64,000 nucleotides of DNA from a virus. The stretch lies in IMG/VR virus record IMGVR_UViG_3300035645_000269; one strand, written 5' to 3'. A program made the position numbers and the translations under genes. This document shows, piece after piece, positions 52,855-62,451 of this stretch (positions are counted from its first letter, which is position 1; each line of letters begins with the position of its first letter). The notes beneath the pieces are model-generated. The model worked only from the letters and a program-made list of their open reading frames with translations. It did no database searches and was not told where the DNA came from.

Positions 52855-53877
52855 TTAATTAAAATGACATTCTGCCAAAACATCAACATCATATTGAGTC
52901 CCGTTTCTGTCAGTTTCCGTTGTTGTTACAGATATAGAATTTGTTGTAGAATGTTTCAAACTCTTCCAGTTTTCCTTATCCATCACATCCATAGTCCACG
53001 ATGCGGAAGTAGGAGTATAAGTTGACCCCGTAGTCATATTTACAATCTTGGCACTTACTGTAACGGGTTGTCCGGTATCAACCTCTTTGTTGGAAGAAGT
53101 TATATAACATACAATTTGAAATTCATCTGCCGTATCAATGATACGTACCCCGGCACGTGCTATCGGTTGTGAAGCACTTGAAGACTGATAAACTTCTGCT
53201 ATGAATAACTGGGTACCGTCCACATCACCACGGGTAACAGTTACACTTTTCTGTCCGTTCTTATCAGTCCAAGCCGCCGTGTCCTTATACCATTTTATAT
53301 AGTAATCGGTAATGGCATTGGCACCGGCATACAGCTTGGTAGTCAGAGTACAACTTGTTACTTTGCTTGTTAACTGTTCGGTACTTGCAAGAATAGCAAG
53401 ATAGTAAGAGCTGGCTCCCATATTCTGAATGGCAATAGGCAGTTCCCCGGTCAAATTATACTCAACACCTGCCGTAGAAGCGACACATGAATAAGTCAAT
53501 GTATCTCCTGCAATATTCGTTTTGCTTGCCAAGTTTCCGACAATTTTAATGGCACCGGTACTGGTATTCAAAGAGAATTTGCCCGTACTGTCTTTTTTCC
53601 AACCTCCACTTTCCGCACCGTTAAAATTTAAAGCCACTCCATTGTAAGCCCAACTATGACCAGACAAACTGACCGCCAACCCACGTGCCGAAGTTACTTT
53701 GGGTGTCCGTACCGGCTGATTCGCAGCTATACTCCAATCAGGAGAGACAGCCCCACTTTCTTCATCTACGGCCTGAAACAATGGAATGCCATTATTTTCA
53801 AAAGTCAGCATCAGGCTGTCATTGGAACGAAGACGTTTAATCGTGATGCTATTTTGGGCACTATAATTTTCTGCCAT
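52855..53877 (-). CDS. tail/baseplate-associated protein
   Basis: 340 aa Thr/Ser/Gly-rich ORF between the Tal-like gene and the DGR target. Synteny only. Confidence 0.3.
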   Translation of the reverse strand: MAENYSAQNSITIKRLRSNDSLMLTFENNGIPLFQAVDEESGAVSPDWSIAANQPVRTPKVTSARGLAVSLSGHSWAYNGVALNFNGAESGGWKKDSTGKFSLNTSTGAIKIVGNLASKTNIAGDTLTYSCVASTAGVEYNLTGELPIAIQNMGASSYYLAILASTEQLTSKVTSCTLTTKLYAGANAITDYYIKWYKDTAAWTDKNGQKSVTVTRGDVDGTQLFIAEVYQSSSASQPIARAGVRIIDTADEFQIVCYITSSNKEVDTGQPVTVSAKIVNMTTGSTYTPTSASWTMDVMDKENWKSLKHSTTNSISVTTTETDRNGTQYDVDVLAECHFN

Positions 53878-54095
53878 ATTCCCAACCTCCTTCTGATATA
53901 ATTTGATTCATGCTTGTATTAGTATAAACGATACCGTCCAACAACAGTATTCTATCTTCCAGTTCTCCATCAAGAGAAGGCAGGCACATTACCTCCTTTT
54001 CATTCAAGATGATGGATTCTCCCTTTACCAAGTGCCCCAACAACAGAACCCCGGCATCCAAAGCCTTTTCCTTATTTGCTACAACATACCTCATA

Positions 54096-55301
54096 TCAAT
54101 TATTTATATATATGTTCCCGTTACTGTCCGTATATTCATTTGTCCCATCAGTCAATACAGAGAAAGCCTTTTTTTGCTCGGCCTTAATGTACACGTCCAA
54201 CCAATCGTCAAGATAAGTTTCACCAATACCGGTTCCATCCAACATTATCACAGTTTTTTCCCCCTCCTGCCATTGTACCCCGGTCTTATTTGCACTGTCC
54301 GTAAACCATACCATGCGGATAATCGGTGCCGGTATCGGCACAATTTCTCCATTCCACTGTACCATAGCTATATTCCTATGCAGGATTTCATCAGGATTGA
54401 TGGAAGCCTGACTTGCCGGTATGCACGTAAATTTTGGATAAACACGATTGACGGAGAATTGCTGTCTTGCAACCTCCTTTCCACCAACCTTCACCAACAG
54501 CAAGTAATCCCCCTTCTCGACCAAACGCAAGTCCATTATCAGGCTGGTTAAGGACAAAGCCACTATTTCATGGTTTGCGGTAGTCAGCATTGTTTGACTT
54601 GATATGCTGTTCACCTGATAAAGTTCAATTGTATATCCGGTAGTTATTTTATTCACTCCCTTTGTTACCATAAGTGGAATGGTGCGCTCGTATGAATTTT
54701 CATCCAAAGCTGCATTCCTATTGGCCGTAGATGCGGAAATCAAATTGTTGGCTACCTTGTAATCATACAACAAAAGCTTGTCAAGAAATGGATTGTACTG
54801 GATTATCTGACTATCCCCAATAGACAAACCGTAGGTATCTTCACTCTTATCTACCGTTGTCAACATGATAGAGTCAGTCTTAACGGGAATATTCACCCCA
54901 AGCCGGGTATCAGCTATCAGACCTTCAAAATACAACTCAAAACTTTCACCCGGAGCCACATTTCTGCTTATGGTAATGGCACCGCGTGTATCTCCAACCG
55001 TATCTATACTGTACTTCCCATTCCATGAACTGATTGCAGAAATATTCTCTCCATTAGCAAACCAGTTCATTTCTGCCAACAAAGAATTAACATAAGGCAT
55101 ATCCCAGCTACCGTCAGCGGCATTCGCTATGACTTCCGGTAAAATCACCAGTGGAGTAACCCCACGGTCAGGATCATATTCATTTGCCACCGGATTATAG
55201 ACCTGATTGGCCGGACTGTTCGGTGTCATTATCTTCAAGCTTACTGCAATCGTAAGCGGTTGAAACTCTTTTCTGATTCTTTTCTTTTCACTCTCTATCA
55301 T
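54096..55301 (-). CDS. tail/baseplate-associated protein
   Basis: 401 aa Thr/Ser/Gly-rich ORF between the Tal-like gene and the DGR target. Synteny only. Confidence 0.3.
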   Translation of the reverse strand: MIESEKKRIRKEFQPLTIAVSLKIMTPNSPANQVYNPVANEYDPDRGVTPLVILPEVIANAADGSWDMPYVNSLLAEMNWFANGENISAISSWNGKYSIDTVGDTRGAITISRNVAPGESFELYFEGLIADTRLGVNIPVKTDSIMLTTVDKSEDTYGLSIGDSQIIQYNPFLDKLLLYDYKVANNLISASTANRNAALDENSYERTIPLMVTKGVNKITTGYTIELYQVNSISSQTMLTTANHEIVALSLTSLIMDLRLVEKGDYLLLVKVGGKEVARQQFSVNRVYPKFTCIPASQASINPDEILHRNIAMVQWNGEIVPIPAPIIRMVWFTDSANKTGVQWQEGEKTVIMLDGTGIGETYLDDWLDVYIKAEQKKAFSVLTDGTNEYTDSNGNIYINN

Positions 55302-58195
55302 ATCGTCACAATTGCTTCTACTGATGCAGTATCATTTGTTGCCGTTATGGTAAACAAGGTACTTACCACTGTTACTGAATTATTTCCTAAATCACTAATT
55401 TCCTTTGTGTTATGTATCGTTATTGAACCGTTGAAATCCTTATGCTTGATATTCCAAGCTTCATCATCGGCGGTATCTCCACTATCCCTTCGGATAGCCC
55501 ATTGTCTAACTGTGTCTGTAATATCCTCCCAACCTTTAAAGACCTTGCAAGTAATTTCCATTGATTCACCATAAGCAAGAAAATTGTCACCTTGCGTATC
55601 AATCTCAATGCGTACCGGTGCATCTATCTGTAACTGTTCGATTGTGCCGGTCATATAAATGTTATTCAGATAAGCAGAATAACCGGTCATATCCAACCCG
55701 AAGATGTTGAGATTGCTCAAATCCCCATCCTGCATTGCAACCATACTCTTTGTAAACTCCCAGTCATTTACCCCTACCAAGAAACGGCGGTATGTCCTCG
55801 TCTCATAAGCGGAAGTCTGGCGTTCCTTGTTTGTAAAGTTGCCATAAGCGACAAAATGCAAAGCCTCACACGGATGGAAAGAATATTGCCAACGATCAGA
55901 AACACCACGAAGCACATAGCGAAACCTTTTGTTTGTTCCGGCATCCAATATTTCTGTAATACGAAAATAGATTGTACAGAAACCGGCAAACATACGGTTG
56001 CCACGGCTATCATCTATATCAGATACCGCATTATTCCCCGGCGTTTCATAGTCATGGAAATACCCCATGCAAATATCATCCACAGCCACAGCACCTATTT
56101 CACCGTCTTGTAATTTCAAACTTATTGTCCCGGAACGTAGCAAGTTACCATCAGCATCATAATCAGGCTCAACACTCTCTATAATTCCAGCACCGGGAGA
56201 ACGCCATTTGTCACCAAGCACAATTTCAGCACGGTTAAAACGCAATTCCGGCACCTCTAAAAACCTGCGTAACGTGAGGCTTTCCATATACCCACGTCCC
56301 ATGCTGTCTATTTTCGCCCCAAAGCCGGTCAAACCCTCTGCAAAACCGCTTGCACCAAAGATAGCACCGGCTAAGAAGCCGATAAGCCCAGCTGCCGTAT
56401 CATTGTGGGTGCGCGAAAGAAAAAGCTGATTGCCCAGTGAACGGATGATAGACTGTATCTGTTGGGTATTCAAGCCGCCGGTTCCCTGCCCACCACCTGC
56501 AATAGAGTCTATCTGATTTTGGATTTTTTCAAGCGATCCAACAGCCTTTTCCTCCCGAAGTGTCATAGTGTACTTCGGTATCATATCTTCTCCCTCTTTG
56601 ATAATAAGGGTATCAATAATGATGCTGCCTTCAATACCAAGATCGCTATCAGTGAATAGCATCAAGTCCCCTTCTTTCAAAGTATCATGTATGCTTGCTT
56701 CCCCCCTTGCAACAGCCTCATCATGTTGGCGTGCCATGAAAATATCATCCACCTTCGGTTCATACGAATAGCGCACATAGTCATTCTTTGCAAGATATTT
56801 TTTCGCGGTAGCAAGCAACCGTTGTGAAGCGGCCTGAATATAAACGTCCGGCATATCAATATAAAGCAGGACAAACTTGTCACCGGACTTTATATTGTAA
56901 TCCTTGTATGGGAAATATAATTTCAGACTTTCATCATATACACGGTTACAAGTCAGCACATATTTATTGCCCTTCTTCTCACATTTGGTTATTTCAAAAT
57001 CCCGGCCACCACACATGCCGTTTTTCATGCTAATGGTGGCTGTTTCAGAAGTCAGGTAATCGTTTATATTGAAACCAACATCTTTTAGCGTTATTGTAAA
57101 AGGTGGGACATCTTCACCTTCCTTCAGGCTATCCATTGTACCATCATCTGTCAGTTGTTCGGCATCAGCCACTTCGTCAAGATTGCCATTATCCCCGGCA
57201 TCCAATGATACATAAATACCTGCATCTTTCAACTGTTCGGCGGTCATACCTTCCATTGAAGGACATATTTCTTCCAAATCACCGGTACCGTCAAAATAAA
57301 CACTCCCTTCCCGAATGCCAAGCACAGCAATATTCTTGCTGTCAATATATGGATCAAGCGTTGTCTTAGGAAAATCAGGTAACATCAGATTTTCCACGGC
57401 CATGTTATTCGGCAAATAATTGGTAAGAGAACTGTTTGAGAGCTTATTATAATACCGGTTAGGCATATTTCTTGTACTACCGTATGCACGCAATCGCGTA
57501 ATAATCTGTTGATCCGCATCGGCTGTACGTTGAATTTCGTACAAACCGTTTCCACGTCCATACTTGAAAATATTGCCCACAGCAATACCGGCAGTACCGA
57601 TTGTTATTGTTCGGCCACGAATAACAAAGTTCGCACCAAATTTTGAATTGAACAACTCCAATGCACCCCATACCTTTATATTGTTCACATCAATGTTTAC
57701 ATTGGTAGTGCTCACATATTCAGGGTGTACGGCAACCGTCCATTTTTGTGCTCCAGTATATATACGGTCAAGATTTACTTGAACACGGTCTGCCAAATCT
57801 TGTATAGACGAAGCGAAGAAACTGAACTTAGGCAAAGAAGTGAAGTGTATCTGATTATCACTTTTCACATAATCAAGAAAATCACATCGCGTCAATTCAT
57901 CTCCCGGCCAGTTGAACTTTACGTTATCATAGACAAACGCTTCTCCCGAAGTTTTTCTTGCCGCCTTTTTTAATGCCGTAGGATCATAGTTTATCTCAAA
58001 CTTCTCACCACGGTACATAACATAGTCACCTATCTCAAAAAGAATGGGTACGGCACTTTTCAGAGTGCTTGTCACAAAACATGCACCCATCCATGTACCA
58101 TTATACTCCAAACCTTTCAGTGTACAACGTACCGTATTGCCAGTTTTATCATAAACCTTCCATGCCATACAGCTATACTTTTTCAACCAATGCAA
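55298..58195 (-). CDS. tail tip protein (Tal-like), paralogue of 13750..17775
   Basis: 965 aa. KYGRGNGLYEIQRT block shared with the other Tal-like gene. Confidence 0.5.
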   Translation of the reverse strand: MHWLKKYSCMAWKVYDKTGNTVRCTLKGLEYNGTWMGACFVTSTLKSAVPILFEIGDYVMYRGEKFEINYDPTALKKAARKTSGEAFVYDNVKFNWPGDELTRCDFLDYVKSDNQIHFTSLPKFSFFASSIQDLADRVQVNLDRIYTGAQKWTVAVHPEYVSTTNVNIDVNNIKVWGALELFNSKFGANFVIRGRTITIGTAGIAVGNIFKYGRGNGLYEIQRTADADQQIITRLRAYGSTRNMPNRYYNKLSNSSLTNYLPNNMAVENLMLPDFPKTTLDPYIDSKNIAVLGIREGSVYFDGTGDLEEICPSMEGMTAEQLKDAGIYVSLDAGDNGNLDEVADAEQLTDDGTMDSLKEGEDVPPFTITLKDVGFNINDYLTSETATISMKNGMCGGRDFEITKCEKKGNKYVLTCNRVYDESLKLYFPYKDYNIKSGDKFVLLYIDMPDVYIQAASQRLLATAKKYLAKNDYVRYSYEPKVDDIFMARQHDEAVARGEASIHDTLKEGDLMLFTDSDLGIEGSIIIDTLIIKEGEDMIPKYTMTLREEKAVGSLEKIQNQIDSIAGGGQGTGGLNTQQIQSIIRSLGNQLFLSRTHNDTAAGLIGFLAGAIFGASGFAEGLTGFGAKIDSMGRGYMESLTLRRFLEVPELRFNRAEIVLGDKWRSPGAGIIESVEPDYDADGNLLRSGTISLKLQDGEIGAVAVDDICMGYFHDYETPGNNAVSDIDDSRGNRMFAGFCTIYFRITEILDAGTNKRFRYVLRGVSDRWQYSFHPCEALHFVAYGNFTNKERQTSAYETRTYRRFLVGVNDWEFTKSMVAMQDGDLSNLNIFGLDMTGYSAYLNNIYMTGTIEQLQIDAPVRIEIDTQGDNFLAYGESMEITCKVFKGWEDITDTVRQWAIRRDSGDTADDEAWNIKHKDFNGSITIHNTKEISDLGNNSVTVVSTLFTITATNDTASVEAIVTI

Positions 58196-58691
58196 CTATC
58201 TTTGTCGGTTCCGCAACACTATACGAGGGGATTATTTGAGTTCGAGGATCAGTTACTCTGAATTTTACCGGGAAGGTCAAGACTTCATCCATATTGGACT
58301 TATTAAATTCAAAATCTCCAACCTCCAGTAAGTAAAGTCCTTGCCGCCCGATACCCGTGTGCGAGTTATATATTTTCAAGGTGGCACCGTCACCATTTTC
58401 TCCCGTGAGATAGTTTTGAAAGGCCATAATTTTATCGTATGCAGTACCCAAATCTCCCTTATAGCACATCTCGGCTTCCAAGTCGTATGCCTTTAATAGC
58501 AGCTTATCGGGTATGTAAGTATCTTCACCGTCTTCATCCGGCCAATCCCGTTTGGGTAAATCTTTCGTTTCCCCACCCGGCTTGAACGGAAATTCTGTGC
58601 ACACAATTCCAAAATGCGCCAAGCTGTCTTTGACTGGAGCATTCTCGGTAGTTTTCTGCATCAAAATAGAATACGGTTCGTTCATATACAT
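58173..58691 (-). CDS. distal tail protein (Dit-like)
   Basis: 172 aa. Position upstream of the Tal-like gene and resemblance to the C part of 12548..13765. Confidence 0.4.
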   Translation of the reverse strand: MYMNEPYSILMQKTTENAPVKDSLAHFGIVCTEFPFKPGGETKDLPKRDWPDEDGEDTYIPDKLLLKAYDLEAEMCYKGDLGTAYDKIMAFQNYLTGENGDGATLKIYNSHTGIGRQGLYLLEVGDFEFNKSNMDEVLTFPVKFRVTDPRTQIIPSYSVAEPTKIVALVEKV

Positions 58692-58953
58692 ATATTAAAA
58701 AAGAGCTTGCCGCAGAGATATTTAGTCTCCACAACAAGCTCTATGGCCTTATACTTTAATCTTATTTCAACGCAAATATAATTGTATTTTCTATATAATC
58801 ATAGAAAATAATGCCATAAAAGCATTTTTTAGTAGATTATTATACTCAACCCCTAACTTGCTTCCACGTGTATGTTGAAAAACATAAAAAATATCATTTG
58901 TCATAATTTTATTTATTAATACTTTTGTATTTAATTATAAAAGAGGTTATTAT

Positions 58954-59160
58954 ATGTTAGGAGTTTTAGTTTGGATAGTAGTGATTCTTCTGATCTGCTT
59001 TAGTGTTACTGGGTGGCATTGGATTATATTTTATGTAGTCATACTACCATTTTCAACATGGCTATTTTTCTTCTATGTCGATTTTCCCGAAAATCGTTTT
59101 AATATAAAAAGATTCAAGAATGACATAAAATATTTATTAAATAAATTACATAAGAAATGA
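58954..59160 (+). CDS. small two-TM membrane protein in the AT-rich insertion
   Basis: VWIVVILLICFSV and IIFYVVILPFSTWLFFFYV hydrophobic helices. Very AT-rich flank. Confidence 0.3.
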   Translation: MLGVLVWIVVILLICFSVTGWHWIIFYVVILPFSTWLFFFYVDFPENRFNIKRFKNDIKYLLNKLHKK

Positions 59161-59738
59161 AAAAAAATATATTATTCTTTTTGCTTTATACTATTATGTG
59201 TTTTACTTCCTATTCGCAGAACAAACAGATTAGTTATTCATCTGTAAATGGGCTTGTAACTTACGACAATGGTTCAGGTACGAAAGCCGATATTGGTGCA
59301 AAATTATATATTATACCATGTAAATATTTCAAACAAGATATTGAATTAAAAAATGACTCTATACAAATGGGGTATGAATCTTTGTTACAATACATCAAAT
59401 GGAAAGAACTTGTTGGGCAAGAACAAGCAATAGCCAAATTAAAAGAATATGACTTTTACATTTCCGCTGAAGAACAAATTAGGAGAGAAGGTGAATTAGC
59501 TATATGTTTGGTTGATATTCTCAAATCAAATAAAGTAAAATATAGTTGTACGATTGACAATACGGGAAAATATAAAACTACAATCCCTTATGGTAATTAT
59601 TATTTTATATTTAAATCCGCAAATAAAAGCGTAGATAAGTCTATACTTAATGGTCGTGGAACATATAATATTTATAAAATCAAATTATATTCTAAATATA
59701 AAGATATTAGTACGTCTTTTAACGCTGACTACCATTAA
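59157..59738 (+). CDS. secreted protein (signal peptide) in the AT-rich insertion
   Basis: N-terminus MKKNILFFLLYTIMCFTSYSQ is signal-peptide-like. Asn/Lys/Tyr-rich, low-GC codons. Confidence 0.35.
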   Translation: MKKNILFFLLYTIMCFTSYSQNKQISYSSVNGLVTYDNGSGTKADIGAKLYIIPCKYFKQDIELKNDSIQMGYESLLQYIKWKELVGQEQAIAKLKEYDFYISAEEQIRREGELAICLVDILKSNKVKYSCTIDNTGKYKTTIPYGNYYFIFKSANKSVDKSILNGRGTYNIYKIKLYSKYKDISTSFNADYH

Positions 59739-60292
59739 ATATTGAGCTAACATAATCTGGCTAATGTTTTCGCGTATAAATTATAATTAGGCTGGCTCCA
59801 AAGTCAGCCCAATTTTATTTTGTGCATTTTGCCACTCTTAGCCAAAAGTATTCAGCTTTCGAGATATTTGTTAAGCGCATCTCTCAATTTACGAATTTCA
59901 TCATTTGAAGATACTATTTCGGATATTTCATCTTCACATGCGCAATCGCACATTGAAATAAGCATACCTTTTATGCCACCTCCCTTTTCTATTTTAGCAT
60001 CTTTTGAGAACATTTCTATCGGGAGAAACTCGACTACCCCTCCGCTGTCAAAACTTACCGAAGCCGCAGCGTTTTTCTTTTCCCATTCCTCCACCTCACT
60101 ACATGACATATAAGCCGTTTGACAATTTTCTAATTCTGGCTTCTTTTGCTCTATCATATCTAAATAGAACTGTATAGCCATTAAACCTTTCTCTGTTACC
60201 GTATTGTCTTTTGCAATAAGACCATTTACTTTGAATGTTTCTACAACGCATTCTTTGTTGCTCATAAATTCTACTAATTCCATATTGATTTA

Positions 60293-61018
60293 TTATTTAT
60301 AGTGGATAAAATTTGTATTTTCTTGCTGTAATTGGAACACGGCAGGATAGTTCCTTTTTGAATATTGTTTTCTAAGGTATGATATTAAATTATCGAAGTT
60401 GGTAATGAATCCCTCGTTGATTAAATCAGCCACCTTCTTTTCAAGCTGCCACAGTTCGCGTTGTTTGCTTTCATCACCCTGCTTGTTGCGAAGCATTTTC
60501 TCATGTGAGTTAAACACAACCCAATTCAATGCTTCCCCAACCTTTTGCATTGCTTTCGGCATAAACTCTTTAGGAACTATCTTCTGAACGGCAGAGCCAA
60601 GTTCTTTGTAAGCATCCCCGGCATCGTTTCGATAGCGAATCATTTCATCGTACACAAACCGTAATACTTTGACTTCAAAAGCCGGATTTATCCACATAGC
60701 AAATTTGATAAACAGAAGCGGATTCATCCAAACTTTATCGGGTGTTTTGCCTTCTTTCGTATTTCTACCCTTAACTTTTATAAGTAGTTGATTTTCACCA
60801 ATGAGCATTTTTGCTCTATGGCTTTCATCCTCTGCAAGAGCTTTCAAAAACTCTGATGTATTATCAGATTCTAAGAATTTACTCATTTGCCTTCTCGGAT
60901 TCCCTTCTACATTATTCCACTGCCGAAGCAATTCAGTTCCGTCAAAATAACCATCACTCGTGCGCTGAACCACAGAAAAACTATCAATGTATCGCACCAT
61001 TTCTTGATTTGTTTTCAT
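60293..61018 (-). CDS. KilA-N domain protein
   Basis: WMNPLLFIKFAMWINPAFEVKV resembles the KilA-N C-terminal block. Confidence 0.5.
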   Translation of the reverse strand: MKTNQEMVRYIDSFSVVQRTSDGYFDGTELLRQWNNVEGNPRRQMSKFLESDNTSEFLKALAEDESHRAKMLIGENQLLIKVKGRNTKEGKTPDKVWMNPLLFIKFAMWINPAFEVKVLRFVYDEMIRYRNDAGDAYKELGSAVQKIVPKEFMPKAMQKVGEALNWVVFNSHEKMLRNKQGDESKQRELWQLEKKVADLINEGFITNFDNLISYLRKQYSKRNYPAVFQLQQENTNFIHYK

Positions 61019-61027
61019 ATTATAAAT

Positions 61028-61399
61028 TTAGATTTTACTTAACAAAGATTTCTCCCTTTTACGGGAAAGTTCACGCTTGTTTTCTTCAAGTTCTTCCCAA
61101 CGATTAATAATTTTGGCTCGTAAGTTTGCATCATAACCACTTGCGAGAAGAAGACAATCCTTTTTGGTGAGAATGTAACAAGACACTTCTTTGCTTCCAC
61201 CGTTTGGCATAGGTTGAGGTCTTGATGATAATTCAAAACTGAATTGTCGTCTATCTTCCAGTTGTTCAAGGATATTGCGAATATCTCGCATTACATTTGA
61301 ATGAGTTTTGCCCGTAATTTCTGCAATCTGTAAGGAGGTCATTGTTCTTTTTTTACCTTTTCCCTCATCAATAGGTATTAACTGATTAAAATTTTCCAT
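61028..61399 (-). CDS. Rha-family phage regulatory protein
   Basis: TMTSLQIAEITGKTHSNVMRDIRNIL matches the Rha N-terminal block. Confidence 0.55.
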   Translation of the reverse strand: MENFNQLIPIDEGKGKKRTMTSLQIAEITGKTHSNVMRDIRNILEQLEDRRQFSFELSSRPQPMPNGGSKEVSCYILTKKDCLLLASGYDANLRAKIINRWEELEENKRELSRKREKSLLSKI

Positions 61400-61464
61400 A
61401 TCTTTGCACTATAAAGTTAATGTTTTCCCCATCAGCGGCTCGGACATCTCCGCTTTTGGGGAAT

Positions 61465-61520
61465 TATTTTGTCCGATCTTGTAGTAGGCAGGGAATCGAA
61501 CCCCAATACGCCATTACTCG
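61465..61520 (-). other. tRNA 3'-end-like fragment (T-arm GGGGTTCGATTCCCT plus acceptor strand), possible att remnant
   Basis: Minus strand reads ...agtaggtacgagtaatggcgtattggggttcgattccctgcctacta. I could not find a D-arm or anticodon arm upstream. Confidence 0.3.
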
Positions 61521-61938
61521 TACCTACTGAACCCTCCTTAATATAATAGTCACGCTTGACATAATAATAAAGAGAAAGGGCAAATCCCGATGAAGCCTAA
61601 TGTGGTTGCCTGCCTCAAAGAGAATGCCCTATAATATTTTATTCCAGTTCATGACAACCACGAAATGAACCTAACAGCATTGTTTCCGACACAAATATAG
61701 AAACGATATTTTCACCATACAACAACCTAAAAATCAATAAAATAAATTCGGTAAACATCAGTAACAAACGGTAAGAATCGGTAAATAAAAACAGTTATAT
61801 TTACTCTAAAATTTAGACATAATATAAATAATGCACGTATCTACCGTATTGTGACGAGATATTGGTTACAATTTATGATACCGTTCAAATAATTTAGAAA
61901 TATAAAAGACTGTAAATAAATATATTGCAGAAAACGTG

Positions 61939-62451
61939 TTAGTCCCCATTCTTTTTATATCTTACCATAACATTGCCTTCGGATTCTATTTTACAGTTTC
62001 CACCATGAACATATACATAAACTTTAGCCACATCGCTTTGCCTTACATGTAGTTTAGCCCGATCATATACACTCACAAAAACTTTGGCGCAATCTTCCAC
62101 TTCAAGAGTCAATTCACTATCATGGCGCAAATGGAGAGTAGCGGCTGTAAATTTACCGAAAGAAAGCTTGCCTGAACATTTACCGTTCAGTACATATACA
62201 CCATTGTTGCCTCCGGTCACTGGTTCATCAACAAAAATAAGGTTTTGATGAAGCAGGCTCCGGTCAAAATTACCTTTTATATATTCCACCGTCGGATAAT
62301 CGTGTTCAATACAAAAATCAATGCCCCGTATATACATTCCGATCAATTCTTGCTGGCTTTTATTGTTTTGCCAGTCACCTTGCCATTGTGTGCAGAGGCC
62401 ATACGATACGGCATGACCTCTCAATTCACTATTCAATCTGTTCATAATCAT
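61939..62451 (-). CDS. conserved tail-associated protein (paralogue of 12039..12542)
   Basis: Motif sharing described under 12039..12542. Immediately follows the second tape measure gene. Confidence 0.5.
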   Translation of the reverse strand: MIMNRLNSELRGHAVSYGLCTQWQGDWQNNKSQQELIGMYIRGIDFCIEHDYPTVEYIKGNFDRSLLHQNLIFVDEPVTGGNNGVYVLNGKCSGKLSFGKFTAATLHLRHDSELTLEVEDCAKVFVSVYDRAKLHVRQSDVAKVYVYVHGGNCKIESEGNVMVRYKKNGD

